Shown piece by piece: positions 20,182 through 30,549 of a stretch of DNA of 64,000 bases (position 1 is its first letter; the number at the start of each line of letters is the position of its first letter). The translations under genes and the position numbers were made by a program. The notes under the pieces are model-generated. The model had not been told where the DNA came from. It saw only the letters and a list, made by a program, of their open reading frames with translations, and ran no database searches. This DNA is from Bryobacterales bacterium (GTDB lineage: Bacteria; Acidobacteriota; Terriglobia; Bryobacterales; UBA6623), in assembly GCA_963422375.2 (NCBI GenBank), contig OY729428.2:1920001-1984000 (forward strand), given 5' to 3'.

Positions 20182-21888
20182 CCCGTCATAACCGAATCTG
20201 GCGGCGTGGCCTACTCACGTGTTCGGCAGGGATCAGGAGTGGTGGTCCGTGCCGTTCCGTATTTGACCCGGGTGCCTTCCAGACCGGTCGCAGGCTGGAT
20301 TGCCGCCTGCTGCTCGGCTGCACGAGGCCGCCCGCTGGCAGGCCCTTCGCGCTTCGACGGAACCGGGCAGAGCGGGCTTCCTCGCCTGAAGGGCGACTCT
20401 CGCGTTTGCGGCGGCTGGGCAACTGCGACCAAGGTCGCCGTCAATAGGAGGCACAAGGTACGTCAAGGCGCGCTGACCGTCTTGGCGCGCAGCCAGATGG
20501 AAGCGGTAGAACCGCCAAGTCGAATCTGTCCGGCTGCCAACTGCGACTGATTCGGGCGGGTCACGCTAGTCGCTCGCAAGGAGCTCGAGAGTGGCGTCCT
20601 CACGAGCAGCCCCTCGGTCATCCGTCAACATGCGTTCGACGGCGGTCGCGCAAGGCGAGCGACAGGGCTGTCCTTGCCGAAGCCATGCCACGGCAAGTCC
20701 CAGACCAGCAGGCGAGTCCACCGCACGGCGTGGTACGGCGTCCAGGACATTGCGGGTCCCCCGGGGTCGCTGATGCTCCGTCCGCGACGGTCGTGTCAGG
20801 TGATCGCCGGGACCGGTCGACCGTCCGGCGGTTGGATCGCCGGAGTGAGCCATCAGCGGACGAACACAAGGCCATTTCCAAGCCCATTCGGTAATACTAT
20901 AGGAGGTCGAATGCTTCGATGAAGGAATGCAGCAACTTTCGGTCCCTGCGGTCCATCTCGCGGCGATTTCTATACTTCTCCGGTTCGCTTATGATCTTGA
21001 TCCTTCGATTCCGTGGTGTTGATTGGCCAGAAGAACGGGGCAGGCGGACGTGATCTCCGCCATGATCTCCAAGGAATTCAGGAGAACGATTTTCCTCTCG
21101 TGAGGCTGTCTCACTCTTCCGTCATTGAAGAAGTCATCCCTTGCCCCCTCCCAGCCGATAGCGAAGCGATGCGACCTGGAGCATGACGGCATTCTGTCTC
21201 GGTATGCTGCGCGTCTTGAGTGATCGCCCGTCATGCTCTCGTGCTACGAACATCGTACTTGTGTCTGGGCCTAGCCGAGTCGGATCAATTTCGGAGAACA
21301 TGAGTTGAACTGTCATTTCAGGCCGATCAACGAGGCAGGGCCCGGAGGGCCCGCCGATCAACGATAGGACCGCTAATGACCAGAATGTCCGCACCGTGGT
21401 TGCTGGCTATCATCTCGGCGGCTGGAGTGATTGCCATGCGAGGATCTTCCTCCGCGCGATTTCAACGTGTTATGGCCAGGTTTCAGTGTCCGGCAATTCA
21501 AATGGGGCGATGCCCTTGGCGGGGAGTCCTGTTGCGTGTCCGCCCGCGGGGCGCGGGGTCTTTCACCGGACAGGCCCCTGCCGTTCGTCCTAGGCTAAGT
21601 CTTGCTAGTGACCGTGGTTGATACGGCCGTCAGCCGTCCACGGCACTGACCGAATGGCTCCCAGCTTTCCGCGAGGCTCCGACCTGTGGCCAGCCCCGCT
21701 GCCGTGCTCGGACCGGCGGCCCGAAACGATTGCCGTGCTCGGCCATTTCGCCGGCCGGTGCCTTGGCATCCGATCCATCGAACCGCGGTCCACGACCCGG
21801 CTCTTGAAAACCGCCCGCAGCGAGTGATTGCGCTAGACTCAGGGAGGGGGAGGTCGCGAGGCTGCCCGGCTCTCCAACGCCGAACTGG

Positions 21889-22473
21889 ATGAACAAGTAC
21901 GTGATCATCGGACAGCAGTCCGCGGGCAAGTCAACGCAATGTCGCATGCTGTCGGCCCGTTTCGACTTCGTCCACATCTCGGTCGGGGACATCATTCGCT
22001 GGCATCTGGAGCATCGCACGAAACTTGCCTCACGCATCCAGGTGATCCTCGATTCGGGCAACCTGATTCCCGACGAAATCGTGATGGATCTCGTCCGGAG
22101 GCGGCTGCAAGAGCACGATTGGAACTTTGGATTCGTCCTCGACGGATTCCCGCGAACCAGAGCGCAAGCGGATTTCCTGTGGCAGAACTGGGACATCGAC
22201 CAAGTCCTCTACATCGACCTTCCCGACGACATCGTGTTCCAGCGCGTATGGGAGCGAGGCCGGGCCGGGTGGGGGTCAGGCTACACCAAGCGCGCTGACG
22301 CCCATCCCGATGCCGTGCGACGCAGGATTCGCAACTACCACGCACGGACCAAGCCCCTGCTCAGCCTCTACAGGAGCCTCGGAATCCTGACCGACATCGA
22401 CGGAAACCGCACGATTACAGCGGTTTTCTCGAGAATCACGCGGTCTCTGGGGTTGCTTGAAGGTCCCGTTTAG
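21889..22473 (+). CDS. Adenylate kinase-like nucleoside monophosphate kinase (short form)
   Basis: P-loop GQQSAGKST, HISVGDIIR, GNLIPDE, GFVLDGFPRT, Y...TKPL. Confidence 0.85.
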   Translation: MNKYVIIGQQSAGKSTQCRMLSARFDFVHISVGDIIRWHLEHRTKLASRIQVILDSGNLIPDEIVMDLVRRRLQEHDWNFGFVLDGFPRTRAQADFLWQNWDIDQVLYIDLPDDIVFQRVWERGRAGWGSGYTKRADAHPDAVRRRIRNYHARTKPLLSLYRSLGILTDIDGNRTITAVFSRITRSLGLLEGPV

Positions 22474-22485
22474 GGCGCTCGGAAG

Positions 22486-23922
22486 CTAGAGCGCCTTCGC
22501 CTTCGACCATTCGTATTCCACTCCGCCGTCCACGTTGTGCAGGCGGAAGGTGATGCGGCTCTCGTCGTACACTTTGTCCGCCAGCACAGAGACGAAACCG
22601 CCCTTCACCCGGTGAAAGCGGTGGTAGGCATCGTCCTCCCCGGGCGTGCCGCCGGCATGCTCGTCCGTGGCCGGACCGCTCGAGAACTCCTGGACGCCGG
22701 TCCGCGGGTGGACCGAGTGGTACTGCCAGTGCCTGTCGCCGCAGACGATGAAGAAGTTCTCGGGCAGATTCTCGGCGAACCACTCCCGGATTTCGTCGCC
22801 CTCGTGCTGGAAGCCCCGATTCGCATGGTTGTCGTTCTTGCTGCCTCTATCCGGTCCCACGATCGGTGTCGGGCTGACTAGGACCTTCCAGTCGGCGTCG
22901 CTAGTCAGCAGCGATCCCTTGAGCCACTGCTTCTGCTCCGCTCCCCAGATGGTCTTGTCGGGTCCGTCCGGCATCGTGTTGGGCGACCGGAAGTCACGGC
23001 CCTCGACGACCCACACCTGCAGCCCCTTGCCCCAGCGGAATGTCCGGTAGGGCAGATCGCTCATCGGCACCTGCTCCGAATAGACCTGCAGCCCTTGCTC
23101 CCAGCTGAACGTACCCATGTAATCCCGCGACATGCCCGGCCAGTTGTCGTTGTGGTACGAGTCATGGTCGTCCTTTTCCCAGTAGCCCGGCACGCTCAAA
23201 TGGAGCCGGACGAGGGAAGGGAAGCTGTACATCCTGTGCCAGTGGTACCGGGCCAGCGCCAGCGACGTAACGAGAGGGGCATCGTTATCGTAGTAGACCG
23301 TGTCGCCTGTCGGCACGATGAACTTCGGCGCGAGATCCAGCATCGACTTGTAGATCTTGAACCCGTCCGGCGCGTCGTGGTCCCGGTTCGCCTGGCCCGT
23401 GACCGCCGTGAACAGCACCGTGACGTACTGGTCGGGGGGCGGAGCCGTCTCGAAGCGGCCGTTGATCGGCTTGTGCCGGACAGTGCCGTCCAAGCTTCCC
23501 GTCTCCGCCTCGAAATAGTAAACGGTCGAGGGCTCGAGGCCGGCGAGGCGGAAGTGCTGCGTGAAGTCGTTTGCCGGGCCCGCCTCAACCCATGCCGTGG
23601 AGCGAGGATCGAAAAAGTTCACGTTGTCCGCGTAGCGCAAGCGGACGAGGCCGGGCGCTCCGGGTACAGAGCCCTGCAAGTCGCGCGGATCTAGCTGCTC
23701 GATCTCGGTGCCGGGCTCGGGCTTGTCGGCCCGGCCGCGGAACGCGATTCCGTCCGACCGGCGTTCGGCCGATTCGGTGATGCGAGTCCAAATGATCGCG
23801 GAGTCCGACGAGACCTCGCCGACCTTCACGCCCGTGGCCTGCCTAGACTCGTCCAAGTACGTGACGCTAGGGTCGCAGGCGGTCTGCGCCAGGAACAGAA
23901 GCGCTAGGAGGATGCGTGGCAT
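22486..23922 (-). CDS. Alkaline phosphatase D (PhoD) family lipoprotein
   Basis: Lipobox-like QTAC, IIWTR, TGDTVYYD, KDDHD, QKQWL, GDRH. Confidence 0.88.
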   Translation of the reverse strand: MPRILLALLFLAQTACDPSVTYLDESRQATGVKVGEVSSDSAIIWTRITESAERRSDGIAFRGRADKPEPGTEIEQLDPRDLQGSVPGAPGLVRLRYADNVNFFDPRSTAWVEAGPANDFTQHFRLAGLEPSTVYYFEAETGSLDGTVRHKPINGRFETAPPPDQYVTVLFTAVTGQANRDHDAPDGFKIYKSMLDLAPKFIVPTGDTVYYDNDAPLVTSLALARYHWHRMYSFPSLVRLHLSVPGYWEKDDHDSYHNDNWPGMSRDYMGTFSWEQGLQVYSEQVPMSDLPYRTFRWGKGLQVWVVEGRDFRSPNTMPDGPDKTIWGAEQKQWLKGSLLTSDADWKVLVSPTPIVGPDRGSKNDNHANRGFQHEGDEIREWFAENLPENFFIVCGDRHWQYHSVHPRTGVQEFSSGPATDEHAGGTPGEDDAYHRFHRVKGGFVSVLADKVYDESRITFRLHNVDGGVEYEWSKAKAL

Positions 23923-23932
23923 TGTCTCTATA

Positions 23933-24304
23933 CTAGCGACCCCCCCTAGCTCTCAGTCGCGCCAGCTGGCGCTCCACCGAGATCAGCCTCTCGAGCACGG
24001 CGCGCTGGCCCGGCCCCCCGCAGTCGCAATTGACGGGCCGGTCTTCCAACTGGATCACGCGCACCTCCAAGCGGTCGAGCTTGAGCTCGGACAGCGGGCC
24101 CAAGCCCTCCGGCCGGGCTTGCTCGGCCGTCAGCCGTTCTTCCGCGGCCCGGGCAAGCCCGTCCTCGATTGCGTCCAGCCTCTCTTCGATCGCGCGCAGG
24201 CGGTCGTCGTACGTCGCGCGCACGGGAAGGCGGCCCTGGGCTAGGAGAATGGCCGCCGAGGGGACCGCGGCGAGCAGGAGCAACGCGCATCGGCTGCGCG
24301 GCAT
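23933..24304 (-). CDS. Hypothetical secreted coiled-coil protein
   Basis: Signal-like N-terminus and repeated RL..IE.RL heptads; fits between nadA and phoD on the same strand. Confidence 0.55.
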   Translation of the reverse strand: MPRSRCALLLLAAVPSAAILLAQGRLPVRATYDDRLRAIEERLDAIEDGLARAAEERLTAEQARPEGLGPLSELKLDRLEVRVIQLEDRPVNCDCGGPGQRAVLERLISVERQLARLRARGGR

Positions 24305-24420
24305 GGCGGGCGACATGCTGTGAGTCTCGCATACCCGGGCGAGACGGCTGGACACCTCCCGCGTCGCGCGGAGAGCCGCTGCGGTCGACGGGACCCCTCT
24401 CTAGCAGCGAGGCGAGAGTT

Positions 24421-25476
24421 TCACTGGATGGTCAGCATGCGATCGATCGCGCGCTGGGCCTTGCGCGCGACGCCCGGCTCGATCTCTACCTCGATTCGGT
24501 CCTGCTCCAGCGAGACGAGCAGCTTTTCCAGCGTATTCATCTTCATGTACTCGCAGACGGCGTCCGGGCTCACCGGGTGGAAGATCTTGCCTGGCAGACG
24601 GCGGCGAAGCCTGTATACCATGCCCATCTCGGTCCCGACGATGAACTCCCGCGCGGCGGACGATTCGGCGTGCCGGACCATGCCCTCGGTGGACAGGAAG
24701 AAGGCCCTCTGGTAGGGCGAGGTGCCCTGCATCACCCTGGCCATGCAATGGGACGCGCATCCGCACTCCGGATGGATGAGGAGTTCCGCTTCAGGGTGGC
24801 GCTCGAAGGCCTCCTCGAGGGCGGTTTCGCCGATTTTGGCATGCACGTGACAGAAGCCGTCGTAGAGATCCACTAGCGCCGGGTCCACGACCTTGCTCTG
24901 GGCGATCGACACCGATCCCAGGAACTTGTCCGGCAGGAACAGGATGCGCTGGCCCGGGTTGCGGGATGCGGCGTGGTCTAGGACCTGCGCCGCGTTCCTC
25001 GACGTGCAGATGTAGTCGCTCAGGGCCTTTGTGGCCGCGTCCGTGTTGACGTAGGAGATCACGATGCCGTCGGGACAGGCCTGCTTCCAGCGCCGTACTC
25101 GCTCGCGGTCGATGGACTCGACCAGAGAGCATCCGGGCCGGTCCGGCATGTAGATCTTGGCGCGGTCGCCGACGATCGTCTTGGCGGTCTCGCCCATGAA
25201 CCACACCCCGCAGAAGTCGACGCGCGACGCGGGCTGCCTGGCGACGTAGCGGCTGAGGCCGAGCGAGTCGCCGACCTCCGCCGCGACTTCCTGCAGTTCT
25301 GGGAACTGATAGTTGTGAGCGACGATCAGCGACCGCTTGCTCTTCGCGAGTTCGCGGACCTTTCGCCCGGTCTCGACCAGCCGGGAAGTGTACTCGTGCG
25401 TGTAGCGGCCGGGGTACAGGTCGCCCGCCGCCCGGTTGAATGTGTCGTACCACGCAGGGTAGGGCAGTCTCTGCAT
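24421..25476 (-). CDS. nadA: Quinolinate synthase
   Basis: AHNYQ, GDSL, FCGV.FM.ETAK, GCSL, YVNT, CTSRNA, FLPD, C.VH, HPEC, C.YMK. Confidence 0.95.
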   Translation of the reverse strand: MQRLPYPAWYDTFNRAAGDLYPGRYTHEYTSRLVETGRKVRELAKSKRSLIVAHNYQFPELQEVAAEVGDSLGLSRYVARQPASRVDFCGVWFMGETAKTIVGDRAKIYMPDRPGCSLVESIDRERVRRWKQACPDGIVISYVNTDAATKALSDYICTSRNAAQVLDHAASRNPGQRILFLPDKFLGSVSIAQSKVVDPALVDLYDGFCHVHAKIGETALEEAFERHPEAELLIHPECGCASHCMARVMQGTSPYQRAFFLSTEGMVRHAESSAAREFIVGTEMGMVYRLRRRLPGKIFHPVSPDAVCEYMKMNTLEKLLVSLEQDRIEVEIEPGVARKAQRAIDRMLTIQ

Positions 25477-25544
25477 CCCTCTATGCTCCGCTGGCAGCCA
25501 GCCTCAGTATGACCGAACGGCAAGGCGCTCGCACCTCCCGAGAG

Positions 25545-25865
25545 TCAGACTTGAAATGACTTCCCGCATCCGCAGTTCCTCTCCGCGTTCGGGTTCTTGA
25601 AGAGGAACCGCTGTTCCAGCAGTGTCTCGACGTAGTCCAGCGTCATGCCGTCCAGGTACCGGTAGCTCTTCGGATCCACGCACAGGCGCACGCCCTCGAC
25701 CTCGAAGACGCTGTCGGTGGCGCGGGCGCTGCGTTCGTACCTGAATTTGTATTGCAGTCCGGAGCAACCGCCTCCGATGACGCCGAGTCGCAGCAGGCCG
25801 CCCGGATTCTCTGACGCCAGCATTCCCCGGATTCTGCTAGTCGCGCTGGGGGTTACGTCGATCAT
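25545..25865 (-). CDS. Iron-sulfur cluster assembly accessory protein (IscA/ErpA/HesB)
   Basis: GGGCSGLQY and NPNA..NCGCGKSF. Confidence 0.95.
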   Translation of the reverse strand: MIDVTPSATSRIRGMLASENPGGLLRLGVIGGGCSGLQYKFRYERSARATDSVFEVEGVRLCVDPKSYRYLDGMTLDYVETLLEQRFLFKNPNAERNCGCGKSFQV

Positions 25866-26006
25866 CGCTCCTAACCATCATACTCCCGCCGGGATTCCGT
25901 GCGCCGGAGCTGGCATGCCGCGCCGCGGCGTTGGCGGCGGCGGGCATACCCGCGCTCGAGGCGCGGCCGAGCCCTGCTAGTAGAATGGCTGTATCCGGTC
26001 GCGCGC

Positions 26007-27020
26007 GTGTTGACGGACAGCTATTGCCGGCCCTTGCAGGATCTGCGGATCTCGGTCACCGACCGCTGCAACTTCCGCTGTACCTACTGCATGCCGCTGG
26101 ACCAGTACGACTGGATTTCGCGGGACCAGATCCTCACGTTCGAGGAAATTGGCCGCTTGGTGCGCATCTTCGCCGGCCTCGGCGCGACCAAGCTGCGCAT
26201 CACGGGCGGGGAGCCCCTGCTGCGACGGGACTTGGCCGACCTAGTTTCCATGCTGGCTGGAATCGACGGGATTGAGGATCTGTGCCTGACCACCAACGGC
26301 TCGCTGCTCGAGGGCTCGGCCGTCGCCTTGCGCCGGGCGGGGCTGACCCGCGTGACGATCAGCATCGACTCAGTCCGACCCGCTACGTTCCAGCGCATGG
26401 CGCAGCGGGGCAGCTTGGATGATGTCCTCGCGGGGGTGGCGGCTGCCCAGCGGACAGGACTCGTTCCCGTCAAGCTGAACGCGGTCGTGGAGCGCGGAGT
26501 GAACGACGGTGAAATCCGGGAACTCGTCGAATACGCTAGGTCGGAGCGCGTGGAAATCCGCTTCATCGAGTTCATGGACGTCGGCAACGTCAACCAATGG
26601 TCCTCGCGGAAACTCGTGCCGAAAGCCGAGATCCTAGACCGCGTCATGGAGACCCACCCGTTCGCGCCGGTCGCCGCAGCGCGCGGGAGCGCTCCGTCCC
26701 AGCGGTATCGCTACTTGGACGGGCGCGGGAGCTTCGGCGTGATCGCCTCGGTCACGGAGCCATTTTGCGGAGCGTGCACGCGAGCGCGGCTGACGGCCGA
26801 CGGCCGCTTGGTGACCTGCCTGTTCTCGACGCGCGGCCGCGACCTCAAGACGCCGCTGCGGGCCGGAAGCACGGACGCCGACCTGCGCGAGACCATCGCC
26901 GCCGCGTGGAGGGACCGGGATGACCGCTTCTCCGAGGAGCGGCTCGTCGCGATCGCATCGGCCGAGGGGTACAGGCCGGAGTCGGTTCGGAAGCTGGAGA
27001 TGATCAGTCTCGGCGGCTAG
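26007..27020 (+). CDS. moaA: GTP 3',8-cyclase (radical SAM)
   Basis: LRISVTDRCNFRCTYCMP, TGGEP, FCGACTRARLTADG..TCLF, C-terminal GG. Confidence 0.96.
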   Translation: MLTDSYCRPLQDLRISVTDRCNFRCTYCMPLDQYDWISRDQILTFEEIGRLVRIFAGLGATKLRITGGEPLLRRDLADLVSMLAGIDGIEDLCLTTNGSLLEGSAVALRRAGLTRVTISIDSVRPATFQRMAQRGSLDDVLAGVAAAQRTGLVPVKLNAVVERGVNDGEIRELVEYARSERVEIRFIEFMDVGNVNQWSSRKLVPKAEILDRVMETHPFAPVAAARGSAPSQRYRYLDGRGSFGVIASVTEPFCGACTRARLTADGRLVTCLFSTRGRDLKTPLRAGSTDADLRETIAAAWRDRDDRFSEERLVAIASAEGYRPESVRKLEMISLGG

Positions 27021-27086
27021 CGTCGAACCGAGGCATGCAGTGGCCCCTCGCCACCGGGCACGACCGATTTCGGCCGGCCAGGGCCG

Positions 27087-28085
27087 TCAGGAGTCGACGT
27101 GGCAGCGGAAATGGCTGTCCAAGGCCTGCTTGTTGAAATCCGACATCTCCTGCGAGAACCGGCCCATTTCCTCCGGATGCATCGGCTTGAAGTTCCTCGC
27201 AACCTCGGTGTTCTCTTGGATGAATTCGAGCGAGGGCATCCCGACGACCGCGGATGTGACCGGCAGCGAGAGGGCGTAGCGCAGGAGTGGTTCGATCCCG
27301 GCCCGGCCCTGGCCGTCGCCCACCAGAGACTCCTGGCCGGTCACCTTCATGGCGAGCACTCCCATGCCCTTGCGGACAGCGACCGGCAGGGCGACGGCCT
27401 CGAAGCTGTCCTCGGGGGCGTTGTCCACCGGATCTCTCGAGTTCCGGCTGCGTCCCTGCCTCGCGGCGTTGAGCGCCATCTGCGTGCAGTCGAAGCCGTG
27501 GCGCTCCAGTGCGGTCGCGAGCACGTCCGGATGGGTGTGGCTCGTGATCCCGGCGAACCGGCAGACGCCCTCGTCGCGCAGCTGCATCAGCGCCTTGAGA
27601 GCCCCGGCCTCTATCTCCGCCAGATCTGCCTCGTCCCCGAGGCTATGGATATGGATCAGGTCGATTCGGTCCGTCCGGAGGCGCTGCAGGCTCCGCTCCG
27701 TTTCCCGCATGGCTTCGTCTCGGTCGCGCACGCGGATCTTCGTAGCTAGGAAGACCTCGTCCCTACGCCCGGCCATCACCTTCCCGACCCAAGTCTCGCT
27801 GGTTCCCCCGCCGTATCCCTGGGCGGTGTCGAGGTAGGTGATGCCGAGGTCGATGGCAAGCTCGAGCGCCTCGACGGCCTTGTCCTCCTCTTCGTACATC
27901 GCTAGTCGGCTCCCGCATCCCATCGCGAGGACGGAGGGCTCCGCGCCGGTGTTCCCGAGAGGCCGTGACGGCAGGGCCGCGGGTGCCGCGCGCGCTTCTT
28001 CGCGCTCCTGCGTCGGGGCGGCGCATCCCGAAGAAAGGGCGACGGCCCCTCCTAGGAAGTGGCGGCGTGTTAGATCGATTGCCAT
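27087..28085 (-). CDS. Aldo/keto reductase with Tat/lipoprotein signal
   Basis: TRRHFL, GITYLDTAQGYG, FLATK, SLQRLRTDRIDL..IH, AMK. Confidence 0.9.
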   Translation of the reverse strand: MAIDLTRRHFLGGAVALSSGCAAPTQEREEARAAPAALPSRPLGNTGAEPSVLAMGCGSRLAMYEEEDKAVEALELAIDLGITYLDTAQGYGGGTSETWVGKVMAGRRDEVFLATKIRVRDRDEAMRETERSLQRLRTDRIDLIHIHSLGDEADLAEIEAGALKALMQLRDEGVCRFAGITSHTHPDVLATALERHGFDCTQMALNAARQGRSRNSRDPVDNAPEDSFEAVALPVAVRKGMGVLAMKVTGQESLVGDGQGRAGIEPLLRYALSLPVTSAVVGMPSLEFIQENTEVARNFKPMHPEEMGRFSQEMSDFNKQALDSHFRCHVDS

Positions 28086-28163
28086 GCTGGGCGGCCTCCT
28101 CGGCGCGCACTCACTCTAATACCCCGTCGCGCCCGCCCGCAATGGAGTGAGACTGCGGGACCA

Positions 28164-28177
28164 TATAATGGGCGTCC
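28164..28177 (+). promoter_or_regulatory. Consensus -10 box for a leaderless dehydratase transcript
   Basis: TATAAT at 28164-28169, 8 nt before ATG 28178. Confidence 0.55.
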
Positions 28178-29904
28178 ATGTCGCAATCCAACTCGAAGTT
28201 GCGGTCGCAGGAGTGGTTCGGGCGCCGCGACAAGCTGGGTTTCCTCCATCGCTCCTGGCTGCGCGCGGAGGGCTTCCCCGGCACCGTGTTCAGCGGCAAG
28301 CCCGTCATCGGCATCTGCAATTCCTGGTCCGAGCTGACGAGCTGCAACGCCCACCTGCGGCAGGTCGCCGAAGCCGTGAAGCGCGGGGTCTGGTCGGCCG
28401 GCGGGTTCCCCCTCGAATTCCCGACGATCTCGCTCGGCGAGCCCTTCATGCGGCCTTCGAGCATGATGTTCCGCAACCTGATGGCGATGGACGTGGAGGA
28501 GTCGATCCGCGCGAACCCATGGACGGCGTCGTGCTCCTCTGCGGCTGCGACAAGACTACGCCCGCGCAGCTGATGGGGGCGGCCAGCGCGGATCTGCCGT
28601 CGATATTCGTGACCGGCGGGCCGATGCTCAAGGGCATCTGGCGGAACAAGGAAGTGGGGTCCGGAACGGACGTATGGCACTACTGGGACGAGTTGCGGGC
28701 CGGGCGCATCAGCGAGGAGGACTGGTGCGAGATCGAGTGCTCGATGTCGCGGTCCGCCGGGCACTGCATGGTCATGGGCACGGCCTCGACCATGACGAGC
28801 CTGACGGAGGCCTTGGGCATGACGCTGACGGGATGCGCGAACATTCCGGCCGCGGATTCGCGACGCTACGAAATCGCCCATCGCAGCGGCGAGCGGATCG
28901 TTGAAATGGTGCGGGAGGACCTGCGGCCGTCCCGGATCGTCACTCGAGAGGCCTTGGAGAATGCGGTGCGCGTGGACATGGCGATCGGCGGATCCACGAA
29001 TGCCATCATCCACTTGAAGGCCTTGGCCGGGCGCCTCGGGATCGACTTCCCTCTGGAGCGGTTCGACGAGATCTCGCGCGAGACGGCCGTGATCGCGAAC
29101 ATCCGGCCGTCGGGCGAGCATCTCATGGAGGACATGTTTTATGCCGGGGGGATTCCTGTCGTCATGCGCGATCTCCTGGACCAGCTCCGCGGCGATGCAC
29201 TCACGGTGACGGGCAAGACGGTGCGCGAGAACGTAAGCGGGGCCGAGTGCCACAACCGCGAGGTCATCCGCACCAAGGACCGCGCCCTGCAGCCGGAGGG
29301 CGGGACCGTGATCCTCAAGGGCAACCTCTGCCCGCGCGGCGCGGTCCTGAAGACCAGCGCCGCGTCGCCCGAGCTGCTGCAGCACACGGGCCGGGCACTG
29401 GTCTTCGAGGATCACGAGGATCTGATGCAGCGCATCGATTCGCCCGATCTCGAGGTCGACCCCAGTTCGGTTCTCGTCCTCAAGAATGGCGGACCGGTCG
29501 GCGCTCCCGGCATGCCGGAATATGGCAACATGACGATTCCCGCGAAGCTGCTCAAGCGCGGCGTCAAGGACATGGTGCGCATTTCCGATGCGCGCATGAG
29601 CGGCACCAGCTACGGCACGGTGGTGCTGCACGTGAGTCCCGAGTCGGCGGTCGGAGGGCCGCTCGCGTACGTGCGGACGCGCGACGAGATTCGGCTCGAC
29701 ACCGCGGGGCGTCGGCTTGACCTGCTTGTCGACGACGCCGAGATGAGCCGGCGCCGGGACGCGTGGCGCCCGCGCGAAGCGCACTACGACCGGGGCTACG
29801 GCAGGATGTTCCTCGAGTCGGTCCTGCAGGCGGACGAGGGCTGCGACTTCGCCTACCTGCGAGGGACTGGGCGGGCGGAGAAGAGGCTACCCCTGGCGTT
29901 CTGA
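28178..29904 (+). pseudogene. IlvD/Edd-family sugar-acid dehydratase (L-arabinonate dehydratase-like) with a single-base frameshift
   Basis: N-half LRSQEWF..CNSWSELTSCNAH..RNLMAMDVEESIRANP; C-half MDGVVLLCGCDKTTP..GGSTN..SDARMSGTSYG. One base is missing at the CCC 28516-28518 (could be a sequencing error). Confidence 0.88.
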
Positions 29905-30065
29905 CGGAATCCGGAAGCTCTCCGCGCCGCTGCACACCTCCCGCACGGCCTTGGGTCCGCTTGGGGTCTCACGCGGACCGTCACACGCCGCCGGCCGGCA
30001 CTCCAGATTCTGAATCAGGCCGCAGTCGCGCCTCGAAGGCAGCCGCGACGGCGGCGATGGGCTCG

Positions 30066-30545
30066 CTACGGGGCGCTGGGCGGAGCGGAGAATCGCAGCC
30101 AGACCGCCCGGCCCGCGGCCGGCAGCCCCGCCAGCACCAGGAACGGAATCAGGGCGTAGGCAATTACGAACGGCGGTCCGAGCAAGCCTCCCACCAAGCT
30201 CAGGCAAACGGCGAAGGGAGTCGCGACCAGCGTCCCGCCGATCACGAATCTCCTCCAAGCCCCGCAGCTGTTCCGGAGCATCAGATTCGCGAGCAGGCCG
30301 ACCAGCAGGCCCGCAACGAAGAAGAGCGCCATGCCCGGAATGATCCGAGCGAGGGTGGCACCGTCGCCCTGCGCAATAGCCAGGCCGGTCGAGCTCCCGA
30401 ATCGCACAAGCGCGACGACGGCCTGGATCGCTGCGAAGGCCGCTCCGAACAGGACCGGCAGCTTCAGCCGCCTCCGCGCCCTATGGCACGAGCACCGCCC
30501 GATGGCGGAGCTCTCCCGTGCAGAGTTGGTCCCAGTCTGTTCCAT
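30066..30545 (-). CDS. Hypothetical membrane protein (about 4 TM)
   Basis: Hydrophobic segments; starts right after the acyl-CoA dehydrogenase stop. Confidence 0.6.
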   Translation of the reverse strand: MEQTGTNSARESSAIGRCSCHRARRRLKLPVLFGAAFAAIQAVVALVRFGSSTGLAIAQGDGATLARIIPGMALFFVAGLLVGLLANLMLRNSCGAWRRFVIGGTLVATPFAVCLSLVGGLLGPPFVIAYALIPFLVLAGLPAAGRAVWLRFSAPPSAP

Positions 30546-30549
30546 TGGC

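Noticed and set aside
25545..25865. HesB-like selenoprotein
   Set aside because: All motif cysteines are normal Cys codons and there is no internal TGA.
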